NCBI GenBank assembly: GCA_958296105.1
Contig: OY282441.1
Location: 405,800 to 469,799 of the forward strand
Source: an uncultured Dehalococcoidia bacterium
GTDB taxonomy: Bacteria; Chloroflexota; Dehalococcoidia; Lucifugimonadales; UBA1123
Direction: 5' to 3'
Length of the DNA stretch: 64,000 nt
Shown here: positions 49,054 through 57,924 of the stretch, piece by piece
Position numbering within the stretch: position 1 is the first letter of the stretch
Layout: each line of letters starts with the position of its first letter
Translations under genes and position numbers: made by a program
Notes under the pieces: generated by a model
Seen by the model: the letters and a program-made list of their open reading frames with translations, nothing else
Databases searched by the model: none
Told to the model about the DNA's origin: nothing

Positions 49054-50145
49054 TCACCGGCCACTGTCCCCCACTTGCCCCCTCTGCCTCAGCGCGTGAT
49101 CGGCTAGGACGAGGGCCATCATGGACTCGACTATCGGGACGGCGCGGGGCAGAACGCATGGGTCATGCCGTCCCCTTCCCTTCAGTGTGGTCTCGTTTCC
49201 ATAGACGTCCACCGTGTCCTGCTCGCGCATTATCGTGGCTGTGGGCTTGAATCCGGCTCGGATGACGATGTTCTCCCCGTTGGAGATGCCGCCCTGTATG
49301 CCGCCCGAGTTGTTGGTGCGCGTGCGAATGCGTCCCCCTTCGCTGTAGAACGGGTCGTTGTGCTGAGAGCCGGTCATGTACGTGCCTGCGAACCCCGATC
49401 CCACCTCGAAGCCCTTGCACGCGGGCATGGACAGGACGGAGCGCGCAAGGTCCGCTTCCAGCTTGTCGAATACGGGTTCGCCCAGTCCGGGCGGCACGTT
49501 TCTGGCGACGCACTCCACCACCCCGCCGAGCGAGTCGCCATCCTTGCGCGCCTGCTGAATGCGCTCGATCATGCGCGCCGCCATGTCCGGGTCGGGGCAG
49601 CGCGCGATGTTGTCTTCGACCTCGTCGGAAGTCACCAGATTCGGGTCCACCTGCGCCTCCAGGCTCCACACGCGCTTGACGTAGGCGACTATTTCGACGC
49701 CGTACTCGGACGCCAGCCACTTCTTGGCTATCGCGCCGCCGGCGACGCGCCCAATGGTCTCGCGCGCGCTCGCCCGTCCGCCGCCCATCCAGTTGCGTAT
49801 GCCGTACTTGGCATCGTAGGAGTAGTCGGCGTGGGACGGACGATACTTCAGGCGCATCTCCTCGTAGTCTCGGCTGCGCGCGTCTCGATTCCACACGATT
49901 ATCTGAATCGGAGTGCCAAGCGTCAGCCCATCGAAGACGCCGGACAGTATCTCAGCTTGGTCACCCTCGCGGCGCTGGGTGGATATGACGCTCTGGCCCG
50001 GCCGCCTGCGATCCAGCTCGCGCTGGATGTCTTCTTCGGAGACGGGGAAGCGTGGGGGGCAGCCGTCCACCGTGACGCCCACCGCCTGCCCGTGAGACTC
50101 CCCCCACGTGGTGATCCTGAACATGTGGCCGAACGAGTTTGCCAT
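49054..50145 (-). CDS. aroC: chorismate synthase
   Basis: [23 protein letters not shown]-type motif ([16 protein letters not shown]) and RHDPCV. Confidence 0.95.
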   Translation of the reverse strand: MANSFGHMFRITTWGESHGQAVGVTVDGCPPRFPVSEEDIQRELDRRRPGQSVISTQRREGDQAEILSGVFDGLTLGTPIQIIVWNRDARSRDYEEMRLKYRPSHADYSYDAKYGIRNWMGGGRASARETIGRVAGGAIAKKWLASEYGVEIVAYVKRVWSLEAQVDPNLVTSDEVEDNIARCPDPDMAARMIERIQQARKDGDSLGGVVECVARNVPPGLGEPVFDKLEADLARSVLSMPACKGFEVGSGFAGTYMTGSQHNDPFYSEGGRIRTRTNNSGGIQGGISNGENIVIRAGFKPTATIMREQDTVDVYGNETTLKGRGRHDPCVLPRAVPIVESMMALVLADHALRQRGQVGDSGR

Positions 50146-50429
50146 AGTGAACCTCTGTATCTGCGATCTGCGCCGTCGTCCCGCGAGAGCGAAAGTCTGC
50201 CCGTTATGGTATCATCAAGGTGACGGTCATGGCATGACCGCGAAGCCACGAAGGGCTTGGATCGAACACCTGCGAGCGCCTTCCGCCTCTGGCGGCTGAG
50301 CGCGGCTCGCAATCCAGGCCCGCTTTCGCTGCCCCGCCCCACGCATTCGGTCGGCGCGTCTGCGAAGTTGAAACAGGCTCGCTCGCCGCCGTTTGCCTCT
50401 TCGGGCGTCGAACAGGTACACTCGGTTGC

Positions 50430-51812
50430 ATGAAAACCAGCTCACCCGCGTCCTCAGACGTCGAGGACGCCCCGCCGCCAGCGCAGACGGGCGGCGCGCC
50501 GGATCAGCCGCTTGGCAAGACAGCGGACAGTCCGGATAAAGACAGACCCACACGGGCGCTCCCCTCCCGGGCTCATGCGAAGCTCCCTCCCCGCGAAGCG
50601 ACGCGAGGGTGGCGACAAACCTTCTCATCGCTCAAGAACCGCGACTACCTCGTGCTGTGGCTCGGCATGATGGTGATGATGGGCGGGATGCAGATGCAGA
50701 TGCTGGCGCGCGGCTATCTGGTGTACGACCTCACAGGGTCGGCGTCGCTGCTGGGGGTCGTGAGCGCGGGGTCAGCCGTGCCGATGCTCGTTCTGGCGCT
50801 GTTCGGCGGAGCGATTGCCGACAGGGTGGATCGCAAGCGTCTCATCCAGATTGGCCAGCTTATCGTGGGGCTGCTTGCGTGTCTCGTGGGCGCGGCCATC
50901 GTGACGGGGCTGGTGCAGTGGTACCACCTGCTGGCGTCCTCGCTGATACAGGGCGCGATCTGGTCGTTCATGATGCCCGCGCGCCAAGCGATCATCCCGC
51001 AGATCGTCGGCCCGGACAGGATCGGCAACGCAATGGCGATAAACGCCGCGGGCATGAGCATGATGACGCTTATGGCTCCCGCCGTCGCAGGCGGACTCTA
51101 CGCTTGGGCAGGGCCTGCCAACGTCTATTTCGTCATCACCGGCCTGAGCGTCGCCGCTGTAATAATGACCTCGATGATCTCGCGGCCCGACCGGCCGACT
51201 CCCTCTCGAAAGCGCGACATGCTGGGCGACATCGTGGCGGGGCTGTCGTACATCAAGGGCAGCCGAATGGTGCTGGTGCTGCTGGTCATGGGACTGGCGA
51301 CTACGCTGCTGGCGTCTCCGTTCAGGATGCTCTTGCCTGTGTTCGTAGTGGACATATACGGCAGAGGGCCGGACTCCATGGGGCTGCTGGTGGCGATCAT
51401 GGGCGGCGGCTCACTGGCAGGCTCGCTCTTCATTGCCGCGCTCGGCAACTGGCGGCGGGGGATTCTGCTGATAGTCGGCGCGTTCGCGTCTGGAGCTGCG
51501 CTGCTGCTGATCGCCGCGTTCCCCTTCTACTACGCGGCGGCGGTCATCATGCTGCTGGTGGGGCTGGGAGACTCCGGACGTCGAACGATCAACATGGGCC
51601 TGATAATGGAGGTGGTGGACGACGAGTACCGAGGCCGTGTTATGAGCGTGTTCATGATGAACTTCGGTCTCATGCCGCTGGGCGTTCTGCCCGCCGGGCT
51701 GGTCATAGACTACCTGGGCGGCCAGATGGCGGTAGCCATACTCGGCTGCCTGCTGCTGGTGGTTGCCGCCGTGGTGCTGCTCACCCAGAAGCAGCTGCGA
51801 GCGTTTCAGTAG
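50430..51812 (+). CDS. MFS transporter
   Basis: About 12 hydrophobic segments and the motif GGAIADRVDRKRL between TM2 and TM3. A low-complexity N-terminus of about 60 aa leaves the start uncertain. Confidence 0.85.
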   Translation: MKTSSPASSDVEDAPPPAQTGGAPDQPLGKTADSPDKDRPTRALPSRAHAKLPPREATRGWRQTFSSLKNRDYLVLWLGMMVMMGGMQMQMLARGYLVYDLTGSASLLGVVSAGSAVPMLVLALFGGAIADRVDRKRLIQIGQLIVGLLACLVGAAIVTGLVQWYHLLASSLIQGAIWSFMMPARQAIIPQIVGPDRIGNAMAINAAGMSMMTLMAPAVAGGLYAWAGPANVYFVITGLSVAAVIMTSMISRPDRPTPSRKRDMLGDIVAGLSYIKGSRMVLVLLVMGLATTLLASPFRMLLPVFVVDIYGRGPDSMGLLVAIMGGGSLAGSLFIAALGNWRRGILLIVGAFASGAALLLIAAFPFYYAAAVIMLLVGLGDSGRRTINMGLIMEVVDDEYRGRVMSVFMMNFGLMPLGVLPAGLVIDYLGGQMAVAILGCLLLVVAAVVLLTQKQLRAFQ

Positions 51813-51942
51813 AGGATGGTCGAGAAACGGGGCGGCAAATCCCGCAAGTGGCGGCGAGTGGGACGCAAACCCGATGCGCGGGCGACCGGCCTCGCGCCGG
51901 TGGCTGTCTTACGAACGAACCACCGACGCTTGGGGAGATGCC

Positions 51943-52737
51943 CTACTGGGCGTTGGCAGTCTCCATCTCGCGCGAGACGCTTTCTAGCTCGGCCACGGCG
52001 CCTGCCACCAGAGCCGGGTTGAGCCGCGCCGCGTGGTCGGCGTAGCCAGCCCTGTCGAGCATCGCGCCCAGCTTGCCGCCCTTGAAAAGGTCGAGCGCCC
52101 AGCCTAGCGGGTCTGGAACGGCTGTCCTGTCCAGATAGAGCCGCTGATTCTTGGCGCGCGGGCCGTAGTGGTAGTGCGGGGCGCGCTCGAAGCAGTCGAA
52201 CGTCAGCAGCTCCTGCTCATCGCCCGCCACGTCGCCCAAGACGTGTATTGCCACGCCGCGGTCGTTCGACAGTGTGCGGAATTCGACTCCGAAGCGCACA
52301 GGTCCCGCTTCCAAGATGACGTCGCCGCGGTCGTGCATGACCGTCCTGCGCCCGTCTACCGCGAGCTGCCGCGCCTGCGCCTCCAAGTCATCGGTCGCCC
52401 CCGACAGGTCCATCGACCTGGCGTACTCTGCCAGCTCCGGGTACTCTGCGCGCTCGATCATCTCCGGCAGACGATTGCGGATCTGCTGGATAGTCCAGTC
52501 GAGAGAGTCGCCCTCGGTGGTCTTGTCGAGCATCAGCCTCTGGTTGCGCTTCTGCGGGCCGTAGTGGTAGTGCGGCTCGTGGTCGAAGCAGTCGAACCTC
52601 AGCAGCTCGTGTTCCTCGTCCTCGCTCACGTCGCCCAGAACGTGGATGCACACGCCCTGATCGTGGAGCAGATCGCGGTACTCGATGCCGAACTTGATCG
52701 CCCCGTCGCCTATAATCGTATCCCCTCGCTCCTTCAT
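51943..52737 (-). CDS. uncharacterised protein made of two homologous ~125-aa modules
   Basis: Both halves share FG[IV]E[YF]R.L..D.GV.IHVLGDV..DE.ELL.FDCF...PHYHYGP...NQRL.LD. No family recognised. Confidence 0.65.
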   Translation of the reverse strand: MKERGDTIIGDGAIKFGIEYRDLLHDQGVCIHVLGDVSEDEEHELLRFDCFDHEPHYHYGPQKRNQRLMLDKTTEGDSLDWTIQQIRNRLPEMIERAEYPELAEYARSMDLSGATDDLEAQARQLAVDGRRTVMHDRGDVILEAGPVRFGVEFRTLSNDRGVAIHVLGDVAGDEQELLTFDCFERAPHYHYGPRAKNQRLYLDRTAVPDPLGWALDLFKGGKLGAMLDRAGYADHAARLNPALVAGAVAELESVSREMETANAQ

Positions 52738-52799
52738 GTCGTCCTCCTCTTTGGTTGGGTTCGTTATATTATAACCTCTTGTCTGGAGAAACGGGCGCG

Positions 52800-53822
52800 C
52801 TATTCCCAGACGAATACAGGCTTGCCCGTCTTGCCGGTGTCGAACAGCCTGTACGCCTCATCTGCCTGATCGAGCGCGTACCTGTGGGTGATGAGCCTGT
52901 CCAGCGGCGCTCCCCTGTCCACTACGAAGTTGGCGGCTTCGGCGAGGCCAGCCAAGCTGAACGTCCACGAGCCGTAGATCGTGAGCTGCTTGTGTATGAT
53001 CTGGGCGCTGACGTCGAACGTGGTCGTGTTTCCCTCTCCCACGAAGCAGACCCTGCCCCAGTATCTTGCCGAGTCGACGGCGTTGATCCGCGCCTGCGGT
53101 ATTCCGGTGGCGTCCAGCGTTGCGTCCGCCCCTTCGCCGTTGGTCAGCTCTCGGATCACGGATTCGGCATCGTCTTCGGAGGCGTCGACCACGACGTCAG
53201 CGCCTAGCTCGCGGGCAAGCTCCAAGCGCTCCGGGATCATATCCACCGCAATGACCCTTGCGCCCATCGCTCGGGCGAACATCGTGGCGCTCGCCCCAAC
53301 GGGGCCCTGTCCGAATACGGCGATCGTATCTGCGCCGCTGATGCCGAGCCGCTTGACTGCATGGAAGGCGGTGCCCGTTCCGCAGGCTACCGCCGCGCCC
53401 TGATCGAACGGCAGATCGTCCGGCATCCTCACGCAGGTCGAAGCGGGACAGAGCAGATAGTCTTGGTGTCCTCCGTCTGCGGTACTACCGTATACCTCGT
53501 GGTGGTTCAGACACATCTGCGTGTATCCGATGCGGCACATGGAGCAGGCGTTGCAGCCGGTGTAGTGGTGCATCATCACCCTGTCGCCTACCTGAACCTG
53601 CGTCACACCCGGCCCGACCTCGCTTACCACGCCGCAAGGCTCGTGTCCTGCCACGTGGAGAGACCCTGTCAGCTCGGCGCGCGGCGCGCGATAGCGCTTC
53701 AGGTCGCTGCCGCACAGACCGGATGCCATCATCTTCAACAAGACCTCTCCGGGTCCGGGCTCGGGTTCCGGAAGGTCTCTCAGCTCCAGGTTCCGATCAC
53801 CGATGAATACGACGCCCTTCAA
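52800..53822 (-). CDS. zinc-binding alcohol dehydrogenase (MDR family)
   Basis: GHEPCGVV, the structural Zn Cys cluster (CNACSMC) and the GQGPVG Rossmann motif. The TTG start at 53822 is preceded by GGGAGGGGAG; the ORF track opens at 53987. Confidence 0.9.
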   Translation of the reverse strand: MKGVVFIGDRNLELRDLPEPEPGPGEVLLKMMASGLCGSDLKRYRAPRAELTGSLHVAGHEPCGVVSEVGPGVTQVQVGDRVMMHHYTGCNACSMCRIGYTQMCLNHHEVYGSTADGGHQDYLLCPASTCVRMPDDLPFDQGAAVACGTGTAFHAVKRLGISGADTIAVFGQGPVGASATMFARAMGARVIAVDMIPERLELARELGADVVVDASEDDAESVIRELTNGEGADATLDATGIPQARINAVDSARYWGRVCFVGEGNTTTFDVSAQIIHKQLTIYGSWTFSLAGLAEAANFVVDRGAPLDRLITHRYALDQADEAYRLFDTGKTGKPVFVWE

Positions 53823-53977
53823 CTCTCCCCTCCCACTGTATACCCCGTATACTCTGAATTCTAATCGCTTGGGGCGTATGCTACAATTCGGCTCACCAAC
53901 TGGCAATAGCCCTCTCGAACCAGAGACACCCTTCAATAAGCATCCCACGCCAAGCACCCCACGCCGGAGGTCTTTAC

Positions 53978-55603
53978 ATGCGCCCAATTATGGAAGTTGC
54001 CGAGGAGTTGGGGCTGAGTCGAGACTCGATCATCCCATACGGGCGGCACAAGGCGAAGATCTCGCTGGACGCCATACGCGAGGACGGCAGGCGCGGCAAG
54101 ATGGTGGTCGTCACTGGCATAACGCCCACCCCGGCGGGCGAGGGAAAGACCACCACCACCGTAGGCCTGACTCAGGCGATGGGCAGGCTCGGCAAGAGTG
54201 TCGTTGCCACGCTCAGGGAGCCGTCGCTCGGGCCGATCTTCGGCATCAAGGGCGGCGGAACCGGAGGCGGCAAGAGTGTCATAGAGCCGGATGACGAGGT
54301 GAACATCCACTTCACCGGCGACGCCCACGCCGTAGGATCGGCGCACAACCTTCTGGCGGCGCTCACGGACAACGTCGCTCAGCGCGGCAAGATCGAGGGT
54401 TTCCGGCCGGAGGGCATAACGTGGCGTCGCGTCACGGACGTTGAAGATCGCGCGCTCAGAACGATCATGACAGGCATCGGCGGCGCGAACAACGCGCCAG
54501 TGCGCGAGAGCGGCTTCGACATCGTAACCGCGTCCGAGATCATGGCGATCCTGGCGCTCTCCCGCGACCTCGCCGACCTGCGGAGACGGCTGTCTAGGAT
54601 CGTGGTCGGCTACACTGCCGAGAGCGAGCCGGTGAGCGCGGACGACGTGGGCGCGGTCGGCTCGATGATGTCGCTTCTGCGCTACGCGATTCAGCCGAAC
54701 ATCGTGCAGACTGGCGAGGGGCAGCCGGTCATCGTCCACGCTGGGCCCTTCGGCAACATCGCGCACGGCTGCTCGTCCGTCATCGGCGACAGGCTCGCGC
54801 TCGGATACGCCGACTACGTGCTTTCCGAAGCTGGGTTCGGCGCGGATCTGGGCTTCGAGAAGTTCATGCACATCAAGGCGCGGTTCAACGGGCTGGAGCC
54901 GCACGCCGCCGTCATAGTGGCGTCTGTCAGGGCGGTCAAGTACCACGGCGGGGTGAGGGCGCGCAACCTCGATGTCCCCAACGCCGACGCCGTGCGCGAG
55001 GGCATGGCCAACCTCGTCCACCTGATAGGCATGATAAAGTCTTTCAACCTGCCCGTAGTGGTGGCGCTCAACCACTTCCCCACCGACACCGCTGAGGAGA
55101 CGGCCATAGTCAAGCGCGGGGCCGAGGAGGCGGGCGCGTTCGCGGCGGTCGAGAGCAAGGTGTTCGCCGAGGGCGGCGCTGGGGGCATCGAGTTGGCGCA
55201 GGCAGTGATGGCTGCTGCCGAGCCGGACGAGCATCCGGAGATAGACTACGCCTACCCGATCGAGGCGACGCTGAGGGACAAGGTGGTCGCGCTCGCCAAG
55301 CGGGTCTACAACGCCGACCGGGTAACGTATGTCCTAGCCGCCGGGCGGCAGATGCGCCGCTTCCAAGAGCGCGGATGGGGAAACCTGCCCGTGTGCATGG
55401 CGAAGACGCATCTCTCGATCTCGCACCGCGCCGCGCTCAAGGGATGTCCGTCAGGCTACACCTTCCAGATATCGGACGTTCGGGCATCGGTGGGCGCGGG
55501 CTTCATCTACCCAATCGCCGGCAGCATCGTCACCATGCCGGGCCTGCCGGGCTCCCCCCGCCAGTTGGACGTGGACGCGAACGGGGCGATTCTGGGGCTT
55601 TAG
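53978..55603 (+). CDS. fhs: formate--tetrahydrofolate ligase
   Basis: TPTPAGEGKTTTTVGL and the PxKAKTHLS-type C-terminus (CMAKTHLSIS). Confidence 0.95.
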   Translation: MRPIMEVAEELGLSRDSIIPYGRHKAKISLDAIREDGRRGKMVVVTGITPTPAGEGKTTTTVGLTQAMGRLGKSVVATLREPSLGPIFGIKGGGTGGGKSVIEPDDEVNIHFTGDAHAVGSAHNLLAALTDNVAQRGKIEGFRPEGITWRRVTDVEDRALRTIMTGIGGANNAPVRESGFDIVTASEIMAILALSRDLADLRRRLSRIVVGYTAESEPVSADDVGAVGSMMSLLRYAIQPNIVQTGEGQPVIVHAGPFGNIAHGCSSVIGDRLALGYADYVLSEAGFGADLGFEKFMHIKARFNGLEPHAAVIVASVRAVKYHGGVRARNLDVPNADAVREGMANLVHLIGMIKSFNLPVVVALNHFPTDTAEETAIVKRGAEEAGAFAAVESKVFAEGGAGGIELAQAVMAAAEPDEHPEIDYAYPIEATLRDKVVALAKRVYNADRVTYVLAAGRQMRRFQERGWGNLPVCMAKTHLSISHRAALKGCPSGYTFQISDVRASVGAGFIYPIAGSIVTMPGLPGSPRQLDVDANGAILGL

Positions 55604-55616
55604 ACGCCGCCGCCTC

Positions 55617-55805
55617 ATGCCCAAAGTCCGAGAAGCCATGCGCTTGGTTCGGCAGGATGGGTGGTACCTTGCACGGACACGCGGCAGCCACCGCATATAC
55701 CACCATGCGCAGAAGTCGGGAAGCGTTGTGATAGCGGGTCATCCGAGTGAGGACATGAAGCCGAAAACATGGGACACCGTATTGAAACAGGCGGGCCTAA
55801 AATGA
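55617..55805 (+). CDS. hicA: HicA family mRNA-interferase toxin, cassette 1
   Basis: MPKVREAMRLVRQDGWYLARTRGSHRIYHH...IAGHPSEDMKPKTWDTVLKQAGL. This is the canonical HicA length and GSH motif. Confidence 0.9.
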   Translation: MPKVREAMRLVRQDGWYLARTRGSHRIYHHAQKSGSVVIAGHPSEDMKPKTWDTVLKQAGLK

Positions 55806-56188
55806 AGAAGACCGTGAAACTCAGGTACGCGGTAGTTTTCGAGAAAGCTCCCAACAACTACTGTGCATACGTTCCGGAGCTGCCCGGCTGCGTCGGCACG
55901 GGCAAGACTTGGGAGAAGATGCTGGCGATGATACAGGAAGCCATGGAGCTTTACATCGAAGGCATGATGGAGTGTGGCTACCGAGTTCCCATGCCGCGCA
56001 TGTCGCTCGCCAAGGCGATGGCGCACCACATATCACTGGACGATGACTACTACAACCCCGATCTTGGCATCTACGAGAAGTCTGAATATGAGGAGGAAGA
56101 GACGAGCTTCAAGTTCGTGGAGGTCGAGGTCGACCTGCCGCTGGCGAAGGTCGCCGCCGAGCCTGCGGGCGTCGGAGAGCGTCGGTAG
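55802..56188 (+). CDS. hicB: HicB family antitoxin, cassette 1
   Basis: YAVVFEKAPNNYCAYVPELPGCVGTGKTWEKMLAMIQEAMELYIEG is the HicB N-domain. The ATG overlaps the hicA stop (ATGA). Confidence 0.85.
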   Translation: MKKTVKLRYAVVFEKAPNNYCAYVPELPGCVGTGKTWEKMLAMIQEAMELYIEGMMECGYRVPMPRMSLAKAMAHHISLDDDYYNPDLGIYEKSEYEEEETSFKFVEVEVDLPLAKVAAEPAGVGERR

Positions 56189-56191
56189 GCA

Positions 56192-56380
56192 GTGCCAAAG
56201 GTCAGAGAAGCCATACGCAGGATTCGGCGGGACGGATGGTACTACGTTCGGACGCGGGGGAGTCATAGGCAATACAAGCATCCACATAAGCCCGGAAAAG
56301 TCACCATAGCGGGGCATCCGGGGGAAGATTTGTCGAAAGGCATGTTCAAAGAAATCCTGAAACAAGCCGGCATCAGGTAA
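56192..56380 (+). CDS. hicA: HicA family toxin, cassette 2
   Basis: MPKVREAIRRIRRDGWYYVRTRGSHRQYKH...IAGHPGEDLSKGMFKEILKQAGI. The GTG start lies 3 nt after the hicB1 stop. Confidence 0.9.
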   Translation: MPKVREAIRRIRRDGWYYVRTRGSHRQYKHPHKPGKVTIAGHPGEDLSKGMFKEILKQAGIR

Positions 56381-56393
56381 AGAGGAGTTCGGC

Positions 56394-56762
56394 GTGAAAT
56401 ACGCAGTCGTGATAGAGAAATGCCCAAACAATTACGGGGCATATGTTCCCGATTTGCCGGTTTGCGTAGCTGCCGCAAAGACAAGGAGCGAGACGCTCAA
56501 GTTGATCCGCGAGGGAATCGGGTATCATATCGAGTTCATCATGGAGGACGGCGACCCCGTTCCCGAACCGCGCATGTCGCTGACGGACGCGATGGTGGAC
56601 TATCTCTCCACAGGCGACGGATACCGCGACCCCGAAACTGGCGTCTATGAGAAGTACGACTACGAGGATACGGAGGTCACTTTCGTCATGGTGGAGGTGG
56701 AGGTCGACCTGCCGTTGGCGAAGGTCGCCGCCGAGCCTGCGGGCGTCGGAGAGCGTCGATAA
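56394..56762 (+). CDS. hicB: HicB family antitoxin, cassette 2
   Basis: MKYAVVIEKCPNNYGAYVPDLPVCVAAAKTRSETLKLIREGIGYHIEF. AGAGGAG lies upstream of the GTG. Confidence 0.85.
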   Translation: MKYAVVIEKCPNNYGAYVPDLPVCVAAAKTRSETLKLIREGIGYHIEFIMEDGDPVPEPRMSLTDAMVDYLSTGDGYRDPETGVYEKYDYEDTEVTFVMVEVEVDLPLAKVAAEPAGVGERR

Positions 56763-56765
56763 GCA

Positions 56766-56944
56766 GTGCCAAAAGTCAGAGAAGCCATACGCTTAGTTCG
56801 GGGTACTACGTTCGGACGCGGGGAAGCCACCGCATATATCACCATGTGCAGAAGCCGGGAATCGTTGTGATAGCGGGTCATCCGGGAAAAGACCTATCCA
56901 AAGATACATGGGACAGCATTTTGAAGCAGGCCGGTCTCAAGTGA
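56766..56944 (+). pseudogene. hicA pseudogene, cassette 3 (10-nt deletion, frameshift)
   Basis: 179 nt versus 189 nt. ...CGCTTAGTTCGG|GGTACTAC lacks the 10 nt coding the (Q/R)DGW region. Frame 0 stops after 34 codons. The old frame still reads YYVRTRGSHRIYHHVQKPGIVVIAGHPGKDLSKDTWDSILKQAGLK*. Confidence 0.85.
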
Positions 56945-56956
56945 AGGGAATTCGGT

Positions 56957-57325
56957 ATGAAGTACGTAGCGGTAATCGAGAGATGCCCAAACAATTACAG
57001 CGCATACGTTCCCGAATTGCCGGGCTGCATAGCCGCCGCAGACGCGAGGGACGAGACGATCGAGTTGATCCGCGAGGGAATCGGGTATCACATTGAGTTC
57101 ATGGTGGAGGACGGCGACCCCGTTCCCGAACCGCGCATGTCACTGACGGAGGCGATGGTGGACTATCTCTCCACAGGCGACGGATACAGCGATCCCGAAA
57201 CTGGCGTCTATGAGAAGTACGACTACGAGGATACGGAGGTCACCTTCGTCATGGTGGAGGTCGAGGTCGACCTGCCGTTGGCGAAGGCCGCTGCCGAGCC
57301 TGCGGGCGTCGGAGAACGTCGGTAG
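56957..57325 (+). CDS. hicB: HicB family antitoxin, cassette 3
   Basis: MKYVAVIERCPNNYSAYVPELPGCIAAADARDETIELIREGIGYHIEF. Intact. Confidence 0.85.
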   Translation: MKYVAVIERCPNNYSAYVPELPGCIAAADARDETIELIREGIGYHIEFMVEDGDPVPEPRMSLTEAMVDYLSTGDGYSDPETGVYEKYDYEDTEVTFVMVEVEVDLPLAKAAAEPAGVGERR

Positions 57326-57328
57326 GCA

Positions 57329-57507
57329 GCGTCCAAAGTCAGAGAAGCCATACGCAGGATTCGGGGTACTACGTTCGGACGCGGGGAAGCCACCGCATAT
57401 ATCACCATGTGCAGAAGCCGGGAATCGTTGTGATAGCGGGTCATCCGGGAAAAGACCTATCCAAAGATACGTGGGACAGCATTTTGAAGCAGGCCGGTCT
57501 TAAGTGA
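57329..57507 (+). pseudogene. hicA pseudogene, cassette 4 (same 10-nt deletion, start codon also lost)
   Basis: Same deletion junction as cassette 3. GTGCCAAAA is changed to GCGTCCAAA at the start position. Confidence 0.85.
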
Positions 57508-57519
57508 AGGAAATTCGGT

Positions 57520-57900
57520 ATGAAGTACGTAGCGGTAATCGAGAGATGCCCAAACAATTACAGCGCATACGTTCCCGAATTGCCGGGCTGCATAGCCGCC
57601 GCAGACGCGAGGGACGAGACGCTCGAGTTGATCCGTGAGGGAATCGCAGTTTACATCGAAGCTCTGATCGAGTTTGACGAGCCGCTTCCGGAGCGGCGCA
57701 TATCGCTGACGGAGGCGATGGCGGACTATCTCTCCACAGGCGACGGTTACCACGATCCCGAAACTGGCGTCTATGAGAAGTACGATTACGAGGATACGGA
57801 GGTCGCCTTCGTCATGGTGGAGGTCGAGGTCGACCTGCCGTTGGCGAAGGTCGCCGCCGAGACGGGCAGCCGCCTCGAGGTGAGCGCGGCCGGAACATAG
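57520..57900 (+). CDS. hicB: HicB family antitoxin, cassette 4
   Basis: Same N-terminus as cassette 3, a diverged middle (AVYIEALIEFDEPLPERRISL) and a different C-terminal end (AAETGSRLEVSAAGT). Confidence 0.85.
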   Translation: MKYVAVIERCPNNYSAYVPELPGCIAAADARDETLELIREGIAVYIEALIEFDEPLPERRISLTEAMADYLSTGDGYHDPETGVYEKYDYEDTEVAFVMVEVEVDLPLAKVAAETGSRLEVSAAGT

Positions 57901-57924
57901 CCATGTGAGCGCTATCCTGCGTTC

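Noticed and set aside
56790-56810. Programmed -1 frameshift rescuing the deleted hicA copies
   Set aside because: The junction (GUU CGG GGU ACU) is not a slippery X XXY YYZ heptamer, and I saw no downstream stimulatory structure. Cassette 4 also lacks a start codon.
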